From assembly GCA_963806185.1 (NCBI GenBank), contig CAWDXE010000006.1, forward strand, positions 128,001-192,000: a DNA stretch of 64,000 nucleotides, read 5' to 3'. Source of the DNA: an uncultured candidate division Zixibacteria bacterium (GTDB lineage Bacteria > Zixibacteria > MSB-5A5 > GN15 > FEB-12). Below are positions 20,949 through 28,532 of this stretch, in pieces (position 1 is the first letter of the stretch; each line of letters starts with the position of its first letter). The position numbers and the translations under genes are program-made. A model generated the notes under the pieces. That model worked only from the letters and a program-made list of their open reading frames with translations, made no database searches and was not told the DNA's origin.

Positions 20949-22568
20949 TCACCCCATAAACGGATACCGGAAATCCTTCGGTGGTACGAAGTTCTCCTTG
21001 ATCGACCGCGGCGACGTCCATCTCAGCATATTCTGAATGCCGCCCGCCTTGTCGTTGGTGCCGCTGGCTCGTCCGCCGCCAAACGGCTGCTGCCCCACTA
21101 CTGCGCCGGTCGGCTTATCGTTGATATAGAAATTTCCCGCCGCATTGCGCAAAGTCCGCTCGGCCAGCGCAATCGCCGACCGGTCGGTCGCAAACACCGC
21201 GCCGGTCAAAGCGTAGGGTGACGTTTGATCGCACAGGTGCAGAGTCTTGGCGAATTCGTCGTCTTCATAGATGAACATCGTCATCACCGGGCCGAAGATC
21301 TCTTCTTCCAGCGTTTTGTAGTGCGGATTGCTGGTGACGATAACAGTCGGTTTGATGAAGAAGCCGTTAGTTTTGTCGTATTCGCCGCCGATCAGAATCT
21401 CGGCGTCTTTCTGCGTTTTGGTGTAATCGATATACGCCGTGATCGATTTGAAAGCGCTCTCGTCGATCACCGCATTGATGAAGTTGCCGAAATCCTCCGG
21501 ATCACCCATCTTCATCGCCGACACCTGCGCCACGATTTTCTCTTTCAGAGCCGGCCAGAGCGACTTGGGCAGATAGGCGCGCGACGCCGCACTGCATTTC
21601 TGACCCTGGTATTCAAATGCGCCACGCGTGATCGCAGTCGCTAATGCGTCGACCTCCGCGCTCGGATGCGCCACGATGAAATCCTTGCCCCCAGTCTCGC
21701 CGACAATACGCGGATACGATTTGTAGACGGCGATATTCTCGCCGATCGTCTTCCACATCGACTGGAACACGCCGGTCGAGCCGGTGAAATGAATTCCGGC
21801 CAGCATCTTGTTTTTCAGCACGACGTCGCTCACCGAGCCGCCGCGCGCGAAGATCAGATTGATCACGCCGGCAGGAAGTCCCGCCTCGCGCAGAATCTTC
21901 ATGATGAAGTACGACGTGTACGCGACGGTCGACGCCGGTTTCCAGACCGCCACGTTGCCGAGCATGGCCGGCGCGGTCGGCAGGTTGCCGTTGATCGAAA
22001 CGAAATTGAACGGCGACACGCAGAAGACGTACCCTTCGAGCGGACGGTGATCCATCCGGTTCCAGAGAAGCGGACTGCTGTCGGGCTGAACCTTGTAGAT
22101 TTCCTGCATGAAGAAGGCGTTGAACCGCCAGAAATCGGCCAGTTCGCAGACCGCGTCGATTTCGGCCTGAAAAATATTCTTGGAATGCGCCAGCATGGCG
22201 GCGGCGTTCATGACATAGCGATACGGTCCGGCGAGCAGGTCGGCCGCTTTGAGGAAGATGGCGGCGCGATGTTCCCACGGCATGGCGGCCCAGGCGTTTT
22301 GCGCCTCGACGGCGGCGTCGATCGCCATCTGAGCTTCTTTGGGGCCGCCCTGATAATAGTGACCGAGAATCAGCTTATGGTTGTGGGGCGAGCGGATTTC
22401 GATTTTGTCGCCGGTGCGGATTTCTTTGCCGCCGATGATCATCGGGATATCGATCGGAGTGGCTTTGAGTTGGGCGAGCGCTTTTTCTATCCCCTGACGC
22501 TCGACACTGCCGGGCGCGTAGTTGAGCACCGGTTCATTTTTGGGTGTCGGGACGTGAAAAATTCCCAT
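20949..22568 (-). CDS. pruA: Delta-1-pyrroline-5-carboxylate (L-glutamate gamma-semialdehyde) dehydrogenase
   Basis: NEPVLNYAPGS, QAEIDA, SPFNF, HFTGST, GETGGKDF, FEYQGQKCSA, EEIFGP, GNFYINDKPTGAVVGQQPFGG. Confidence 0.95.
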   Translation of the reverse strand: MGIFHVPTPKNEPVLNYAPGSVERQGIEKALAQLKATPIDIPMIIGGKEIRTGDKIEIRSPHNHKLILGHYYQGGPKEAQMAIDAAVEAQNAWAAMPWEHRAAIFLKAADLLAGPYRYVMNAAAMLAHSKNIFQAEIDAVCELADFWRFNAFFMQEIYKVQPDSSPLLWNRMDHRPLEGYVFCVSPFNFVSINGNLPTAPAMLGNVAVWKPASTVAYTSYFIMKILREAGLPAGVINLIFARGGSVSDVVLKNKMLAGIHFTGSTGVFQSMWKTIGENIAVYKSYPRIVGETGGKDFIVAHPSAEVDALATAITRGAFEYQGQKCSAASRAYLPKSLWPALKEKIVAQVSAMKMGDPEDFGNFINAVIDESAFKSITAYIDYTKTQKDAEILIGGEYDKTNGFFIKPTVIVTSNPHYKTLEEEIFGPVMTMFIYEDDEFAKTLHLCDQTSPYALTGAVFATDRSAIALAERTLRNAAGNFYINDKPTGAVVGQQPFGGGRASGTNDKAGGIQNMLRWTSPRSIKENFVPPKDFRYPFMG

Positions 22569-22713
22569 GACGGACTGCTTTCTGAAATATGGTTAAACGA
22601 CAACGTCTAATTTTGGGGCAATGTAGCAAAGGGGACCGAGAGGGGCAAGGGGGGAATGGAAAGGGCGGGGAAGTGGTTGCGTTTTAGGCTGTTAAGGGAA
22701 ATAGGCGAGTAGA

Positions 22714-22883
22714 GTCATCGCGAGGCTCGCTTCGCGCCGTGGCGATCTTTCAGTTCATTCAATGGCTGGCGTACGTCCCGTGCGCCAGCACCGTTCACCA
22801 TTCGTACCCCACCGTCTATGCGGTGGGGTATCTGAAAGCCTGGCCCACTGAAGATACCCCACCGTAAATCGGTGGGGTACGGA
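22714..22883. repeat. REP-like cluster: composite module plus REP doublet
   Basis: 22714-22829 is an inverted copy of 20637-20757; 22803-22883 is a doublet also found inverted at 40334-40413. Confidence 0.85.
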
Positions 22884-23081
22884 GTAGAGCGGTTATCGGA
22901 AACAGATTTTGAGGTGTGCTAGCGGGTGGTTGAAGTGGAGAGAGTAAAATGAACCAGCGTGATTTGAAAATGTGATATTTTGACCCATACATTCGGTGTA
23001 TCGTTCGACTTCAACTTGTCGGCGGAATGTATGATCTGTAATTCCGAAAATGTCTTTCCATTGCACCTTCGCCCTTCCCAC

Positions 23082-23204
23082 AACGTCACCCCCGCCTTCC
23101 CCACAACGTCACCCCCGCCTTCCCCAAAACGTCACCCCCGCCTCCCCCAAAACGTCACCCCCGCCTCCCCCAAAACGTCACCCCCGCCTTGAGCGGGGGC
23201 CCAT
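23082..23204 (+). repeat. 23-bp tandem repeat (4 units) ending in a full REP hairpin
   Basis: aacgtcacccccgcct(t/c)cccca(c/a) at 23082, 23105, 23128, 23151; at 23174 it continues as aacgtcacccccgccttgagcgggggcccat. Confidence 0.95.
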
Positions 23205-23530
23205 CAGGATCGTAACGCGATGTACTACGTTTACGTCATGACGAATCGCCGTCACGGCACGCTCTATGTCGGCATGACCAACGACCTGATCAAGCGGGTG
23301 GGTCAGCACAAGCAGAACATGGCCGACGGATTCACCAGCAAGTGGGGCCTCCATACGCTTGTATATTTCGAGATGATCGAGCACGCGTACGAGGCTATTC
23401 AGCGCGAGAAGCGATTCAAGAAGTGGAATCGTAGCTGGAAAGTGCAGCTCATTGATGAAAACAACCCCGACTGGGCGGACTTGTACCCAGAGATTTTGGG
23501 AATGGGCCCCCGGTCAAGCCGGGGGTGACA
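23176..23530. mobile_element. Putative REP-flanked GIY-YIG element
   Basis: Inverted 28-bp REP copies (23177-23204 and 23502-23529) enclose only the nuclease gene. Mobility is inferred, not shown. Confidence 0.55.
23220..23528 (+). CDS. Small stand-alone GIY-YIG nuclease (UPF0213/YhbQ-like)
   Basis: YYVYVM..TLYVGMTNDL.KR..QH, EAIQREKRFKKW.RSWK..LI..NPDW.DL. Confidence 0.92.
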   Translation: MYYVYVMTNRRHGTLYVGMTNDLIKRVGQHKQNMADGFTSKWGLHTLVYFEMIEHAYEAIQREKRFKKWNRSWKVQLIDENNPDWADLYPEILGMGPRSSRG

Positions 23531-23547
23531 TTGGGGCGGCATCGTTC

Positions 23548-23589
23548 CGTCAGGTCCTGCGCCGAGTCTGCGAGGCGTGTGACCAGACG
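23548..23589. repeat. 42-bp imperfect palindrome, inverted partner at 24816-24857
   Basis: Reverse complement matches 24816-24857 at 38/42 positions. Confidence 0.8.
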
Positions 23590-23611
23590 GTCTTTCGATA
23601 ATCACGCCCCC

Positions 23612-24671
23612 TCACCCCTCCGCCACCACCCTCGCATATAACTGCGTCAGCGTTCCCCCATACCTCTCCCACGTGAATTCGCGCGCGCGATGCGTGCCGG
23701 CGGCGATCAGGGCGTGGCGATACGGTTGATCATCGAGCAGGCGGCGGAGCGCCTCGGTGCTCGCTGAGGGTTCGTCGGGTGACACCAACACACCCGCGTC
23801 GCCGGCCACCTCGGCACAACTGCTTCGGTCCGACGTTATCACCGGCGAGCCAGCCGCCATCGCCTCCAACACCGGCATGCCAAACCCCTCCTCCCACGAC
23901 GGCAACAAGGTCGCGGTTGCGTGTTGGTATAGCGCAGTCAGGTCGGCCTGCGCCAGACGCGAAAAGCGGATAAGCCGCTCGGACGGAAAACGGGCCAAAT
24001 CGCGCACCGCGATATCGTCGTACCCAAACCCCGGTTCCCCTACGATCACCAGCGACAGATTTTTCAGCGGCATGACGGCATCGACAATATGCCCAAGATT
24101 CTTTCGGTTTTCGATTCGCCCCACAAACAGCACGTACGACTGCGACAAGACCGGTCGGACCGGTGCGCTGATGTCGGCGTCGGTCGGAATCGACGGGATA
24201 CTCACCCCCAGCGGGATCGCCACACATTTGTCGGGGGCGACCAGATCAAGTTCGAGCAATTTGCGGCGGGTCCATTCGCTGTCGGCGATAATCAGGTCGG
24301 AACGGAAGATATCGTTGCGCATGCGCACTTCCAGCTTCTTCTGGAACGGCGCAGGCTGGTACGGATTCGGGATAGAGCGACCAGACATCGTGCGTGGTGT
24401 AGATGACTTTCTCGCTTCGCACGGACGGGAGGCGATGGCACAGGGCATGGACAATATCGTAACGGGGTGACCGGAAGCGGCTCAACAGGCCGGTTTGTTG
24501 GACGGGGATGTTTTGCACTTTCACGTTGTTCGGATCGCCGCGACGATAGAGGGCGGTAGGGCGCAGATCAGGGTGTGAGGCGGCCATCCGCAGAGTGTGA
24601 TGGCAGACCTGCGCGATGCCGCCGTAGGGCGAGACGGCGAGTGAGGTGACCTCGAAGGCGATGTTGAGCAT
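23612..24671 (-). CDS. GT4 glycosyltransferase (MtfB-like), split by a +1 frameshift at about 24370
   Basis: N-terminal ORF ...IYTTHDVWSLYP joins NPYQPAPF... of the second ORF if one G of ggg (24369-24371) is removed; FVGRIENRKN, EGFGMPVLEAMAAG. Confidence 0.85.
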
Positions 24672-24762
24672 CGATCAAACAAAGGCCAATGAGGGTGGAA
24701 ATGTCAAGGGAATCGAAAGAGGCTGCTTGCCCTCACCGCAGACCTACATGTCAGCAAGTCTT

Positions 24763-24960
24763 GTAGGACAGGATCCCCGCTTCTTAGCGGGTGATCCTGA
24801 CGTCCTATTCTCAAGCGTCAGGTCACACGCCTCGCGGACTCGGCGCACGACTTGACGCAACGCAGGCGTGGCGCACGGGACGTACGCCACGCACGGAGGA
24901 TTCACGTCGGGCTGAGCCTTCGACTTCGTCATGGACAAACTCCGTCGAGGCCGGTCGTCG
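24763..24960. repeat. REP-like cluster
   Basis: GTAG-tagged hairpin (24763-24807), 42-bp element (24816-24857), gtggcgcacgggacgtacgccac (about 24868-24890), cttcgacttcg-type element (about 24905-24960). Confidence 0.7.
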
Positions 24961-25058
24961 CCGCAGGAAAGAATCCCCTGGTTGCGTTCTCTCCCCTGCC
25001 TTCCTACTTTGTCGCATGACTGATTCTGTCGCCATCAATTGCGATCTGGTCTGGGGAC

Positions 25059-25766
25059 ATGAAAATGCCCGCACTCGCCGCAAATGCAGGACGGATTGTC
25101 GTCGTGGTCGACACGCTCAGTTTCTCCACGCTCGTCGCATTCGCCACGATTAAGGGGGCCAAGATCTACCCGGCGGGCACGCGCGATGATGCAGCGAAGG
25201 TGAGCATCGAAACCGGCGCCGAGCTGGCCGTACGGCGGAAAGAGGTTCCAGAAAAGGGGCGGTACTCGCTTTCGCCGCTGACCTATGTCGAGGCCACTCC
25301 GGACACCAGGGTGGCGATTTTTTCCCCGAACGGCGGCATGGCGACACTTTGCGCCAGAAGTGCCCCACACGTCTTCGCCGGAGCGCTGGTCAACGCCGGC
25401 GCGGTGGCACGCCGAATCAACCAACTTGTGACGGACTTTTCGGCCGGTGTAACCGTAGTCGCCTGTGGCGAACGAGTGGAACGGTCGGGTGAGACCGGCG
25501 ACCACCGTGAGGCGGTCGAGGATTATCTGGGGGCGGGAGCGATTCTGGCCGGAATTGATTTACCCAAGTCGCCGGCCGCGGCTGACTGCGCGAGGGCTTA
25601 TCTGGTCAACCGGGCGAACATCCGTTCATTGTTGGTGGGGAGTTTTAGCGGTCAGGAGTTTGCCGGGACCGGCTTTTTTGCCGATGTCGAGTTTGCGGCG
25701 CGAGTGGACTTGATCGATTCCGTGCCCGAACTTCGACCCGGCCCACACCCTTGGTACGCTGCCTGA
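25059..25766 (+). CDS. 2-phosphosulfolactate phosphatase (ComB-like) family protein
   Basis: VVVVDTLSFST, SLSP, SPNG, GALVNA, VACGER, EDYLGAGAI. Confidence 0.85.
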   Translation: MKMPALAANAGRIVVVVDTLSFSTLVAFATIKGAKIYPAGTRDDAAKVSIETGAELAVRRKEVPEKGRYSLSPLTYVEATPDTRVAIFSPNGGMATLCARSAPHVFAGALVNAGAVARRINQLVTDFSAGVTVVACGERVERSGETGDHREAVEDYLGAGAILAGIDLPKSPAAADCARAYLVNRANIRSLLVGSFSGQEFAGTGFFADVEFAARVDLIDSVPELRPGPHPWYAA

Positions 25767-25791
25767 TCTGCTCGGGGAACTCAAGGCACTA

Positions 25792-25816
25792 GTACCCCAC
25801 CGGAACGGTGGGTTCA
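25792..25816. repeat. GTAC-tagged REP-like hairpin
   Basis: gtaccccaccggaacggtgggttca; exact reverse complement at 32140-32164. Confidence 0.8.
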
Positions 25817-25883
25817 GCCTTCAATGGCTACCTTGTTCGTCGACAACCGCGTGGCCGATTGCGCGGAGCCGGATTTTCAGCAC

Positions 25884-25905
25884 AAAAAAACCGGCCAGCA
25901 GCCGG
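25884..25905 (-). terminator. Terminator after tRNA-Glu
   Basis: ccggc-tgctg-gccgg followed by T7 on the minus strand. Confidence 0.6.
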
Positions 25906-25913
25906 AAAAAAAA

Positions 25914-25986
25914 TGACCCCAACGGGAGTCGAACCCGTGTTACCGCCGTGAAAGGGCGATGTCCTAGGCCACTAGACGATGGGGTC
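25914..25986 (-). tRNA. tRNA-Glu (anticodon TTC), CCA not encoded
   Basis: GACCCCA...TCGCC-CT-TTC-AC-GGCGG...ACGGG-TTCGACT-CCCGT-TGGGGTC-A folds as a cloverleaf. Confidence 0.97.
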
Positions 25987-26010
25987 GCAGTAGCTTCCTG
26001 AGAGCCCGAT

Positions 26011-26038
26011 AGTATAAAGATTTCCACCCCGGTGTCAA
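26011..26038 (-). promoter_or_regulatory. Sigma70-type promoter of tRNA-Glu
   Basis: TTGACA-16-TATACT upstream of the tRNA. Confidence 0.65.
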
Positions 26039-26088
26039 GAGGTAATGGACCGTCTTACAACCTCAAAGTTGACCCAAGACCAGCTGGT

Positions 26089-26508
26089 TTAGTCAATGGC
26101 CGGGACCATCAGAATTGGGATTGTGGCCCGGTGAAGCAGGGCCGACGACACACTCCCCAGCACCCAGTCGGCCAGAAGACGGTGGCCGTGGCCGGACATG
26201 GCGATCAGATCGAACCCTCCCTTGTCAACCAGAGCCAGAATCTCTTTCACCGGGTCGCCACAGGCCAATACGGCCGTAGCATCGAAGCCGTCCTTCCGCA
26301 AATCATCCTGACACTTCTGCAGGTAAGCCCGGTCCTGCTGCATTTCCGGGGACTCCCCAAGATTGCGCTGGTTCCGAGCCATGAAACCGTCAGCCACATG
26401 AATCAAGGTCAGCTTCGACTGGGCCAAACGGGCGAGCGGTCGGATATGGGTCAGCACGGCCCGGTCGACCGGGCTGTTGTCCAGAGTTATGAGAATATTC
26501 TTATACAT
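26089..26508 (-). CDS. Universal stress protein (Usp family)
   Basis: MYKNILITLD.S, DLIAMSGHGH, LGSVS..LLH...PILMV; directly downstream of mntH. Confidence 0.9.
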   Translation of the reverse strand: MYKNILITLDNSPVDRAVLTHIRPLARLAQSKLTLIHVADGFMARNQRNLGESPEMQQDRAYLQKCQDDLRKDGFDATAVLACGDPVKEILALVDKGGFDLIAMSGHGHRLLADWVLGSVSSALLHRATIPILMVPAID

Positions 26509-26532
26509 AGAATCTTCCTGAGACCGATTGGT

Positions 26533-27933
26533 TTACGACAGCCACCCGACAAACGTCTGGAATAGTAAGAACCCGTTTAGACAGATAATGATCCCGGCGA
26601 CCACCCAGGCTAACCCCGAGAGCCAGCCGGGATTGACGAATGACCCCATCATCCGTTTGTCTCCTGTGAACTTGATCAACGGCACAATGGCGAAACTCAG
26701 TTGAAGGGAGAGGATGACCTGGCTCAAAATGAGCAGTTCGCCGACACCCTGATCGCCGAAGAGGGCGGCGACAATGACCGCCGGGACAATCGCCACCATC
26801 CGGGTCAGGAGCCGTCGCACCCAGGGGCGAAGTCGGATATTCAGGAAACCCTCCATAACAATCTGTCCGGCCATGGTTCCGGTCAGGGTCGAGTTCTGAC
26901 CCGAGGCGAGCAGGGCGATCGCGAACAGGGCGCTGGCCAGCGGAACGCCGAGAGCCGGGGTGAGGAGCATGTAAGCGTCATTAATGTCCGCCACATCCTG
27001 ATGACCGGTGGTGTGAAAAGCGACCGCGCTTAACACCAAAATGGCGGCATTGATGAAAAAGGCCAGCAGCAGGGCAAAAGTGGAATCGATAGTGGCGAAC
27101 TTGACCGCCATCTTCTTCCCCTTGTCGGTACGATCATACGCCCGGGTCTGGACAATACTCGAATGAAGATAAAGATTGTGGGGCATCACCGTGGCGCCGA
27201 GAATGCCGATCGCGATATAGAGCATGGCGGTGTCGGTGGCGATCCGGGTCTGCGGAATCAGACCAATCAACACGTCGCGGATCACCGGCTGGAACATGAG
27301 CAGTTCGTAGGCGAAGCAGCCGCCGATGAGCACAATCAGCCCAATGACCAGCGATTCGATATACCGGAAGGCCTTGTGCTGGAGGTAGAGCACGACCAGA
27401 ACGTCGGCGGCGGTCAGGACCACCCCGACCACCAGGGGTATGTGAAAGAGCAGATTCAGGGCGATAGCCGAGCCGAGCACCTCCGCCAGATCGCAGGCGG
27501 CGATGGCGATTTCGCACAGAATCCATTGGAAAATGACCGCCGGTTTGGAGTAGTGGTCACGGCAGGCCTGGGCCAGATCCCGTTCGGCGACGACCCCCAG
27601 TTTGAGGGCGAGGTGCTGAAGTAGGATGGCCATGAAGTTTGAGATCAGGATCACCGAAAGCAGGGCATAGCCGAATTGGGCCCCTCCGGCCAAGTCGGTA
27701 GCCCAGTTGCCAGGGTCCATGTAGCCGACAGCGACGATAAAACCGGGGCCGCCGAAAGCGAGGAGCTTTCGCCAAAACTTGGCGTTGGCATCGACCGGAA
27801 TGGAGGCGTGAGCCTCCGGCAGCGACGGGGTCTGGACCTCACTGTGCCAGCCGGTTTGAGCCGCCCGTTTCGGCGGGGGATCGGCCGCGATCGGGGATTC
27901 CTCGGGCTCGTTATGCGGTTCTTTCTCGGTCAA
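26533..27933 (-). CDS. mntH: Nramp family divalent metal (Mn2+) transporter
   Basis: GYMDPGNWATD, GATVMPHNLYLHS, GQNSTLTGT.AGQIVMEGFL; TTG start after GAGGA. Confidence 0.95.
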   Translation of the reverse strand: MTEKEPHNEPEESPIAADPPPKRAAQTGWHSEVQTPSLPEAHASIPVDANAKFWRKLLAFGGPGFIVAVGYMDPGNWATDLAGGAQFGYALLSVILISNFMAILLQHLALKLGVVAERDLAQACRDHYSKPAVIFQWILCEIAIAACDLAEVLGSAIALNLLFHIPLVVGVVLTAADVLVVLYLQHKAFRYIESLVIGLIVLIGGCFAYELLMFQPVIRDVLIGLIPQTRIATDTAMLYIAIGILGATVMPHNLYLHSSIVQTRAYDRTDKGKKMAVKFATIDSTFALLLAFFINAAILVLSAVAFHTTGHQDVADINDAYMLLTPALGVPLASALFAIALLASGQNSTLTGTMAGQIVMEGFLNIRLRPWVRRLLTRMVAIVPAVIVAALFGDQGVGELLILSQVILSLQLSFAIVPLIKFTGDKRMMGSFVNPGWLSGLAWVVAGIIICLNGFLLFQTFVGWLS

Positions 27934-28016
27934 TGTATCCTCGCTAAGTCTACTTTCAGGGTTGAGTCAGATCGACATCGGGCCGCTGTGCGGTGCCGCG
28001 ATCGACCTGTCCAGTG

Positions 28017-28045
28017 AGTATAACCTGCCGCCGCGATTGGTTCAA
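28017..28045 (-). promoter_or_regulatory. Sigma70-type promoter of mntH
   Basis: TTGAAC-17-TATACT about 85 bp upstream of the start. Confidence 0.6.
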
Positions 28046-28322
28046 GTTTGATTACACAGTTGCGTGTGGCGGGGTAGGCAAGACAACCAAACATGGACAT
28101 CAACGGGTGGCGTTCGGTCGATCAAAACTGGAGTCTCAGAGTCCGCGATGGGGCGCAAATCCAAGCGGACGCCTTTCCCCCGGTTATGTGATGCGAAGTC
28201 GAGCGGGAAAACGGCACAATCGCTCAGGGTGAACCGCTCGCCGAACTGTACAATCTATACACTATGTATGTACATTCTTTTTGACATAAGCTATCAGATT
28301 ACACAGTAAGTTGTATAAGATG

Positions 28323-28352
28323 TTGACAAAGCGTTTAGCTTAGATATATCAT
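28323..28352 (+). promoter_or_regulatory. Candidate sigma70 promoter of the regulator gene
   Basis: TTGACA-18-TATCAT in an AT-rich tract. Confidence 0.45.
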
Positions 28353-28532
28353 TGTACAGTCAGTGTCAGCGGGGATGATCGATTCTTCGACCGGGAATCA
28401 GGGGAATACGATGGTTATCCTCTGCGAGTCGCAGGGACGCGACCCGGTCGGCAACTGTCACGCGGGCTCGCTTGAGTGTTCGAAGCGAGCCCGTTGTTGC
28501 TGTCGGAAAACTCAGGGACGGATCGACAAGTC

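Noticed and set aside
22893..23081. Short ORFs in the AT-rich tract upstream of the 23-bp array
   Set aside because: No recognisable motif or RBS. It may be a leader or gene remnant, but I cannot support either call.
23082..23204. CRISPR array
   Set aside because: Units are head-to-tail 23-mers with no unique spacers, and no cas genes are in the window.
25059..25766. Coenzyme M biosynthesis
   Set aside because: ComB-like phosphatases are widespread in bacteria and no comA/comC is nearby.
25914..25986. tRNA as attachment site of an integrative element
   Set aside because: No integrase and no duplicated tRNA 3' end seen in the window.
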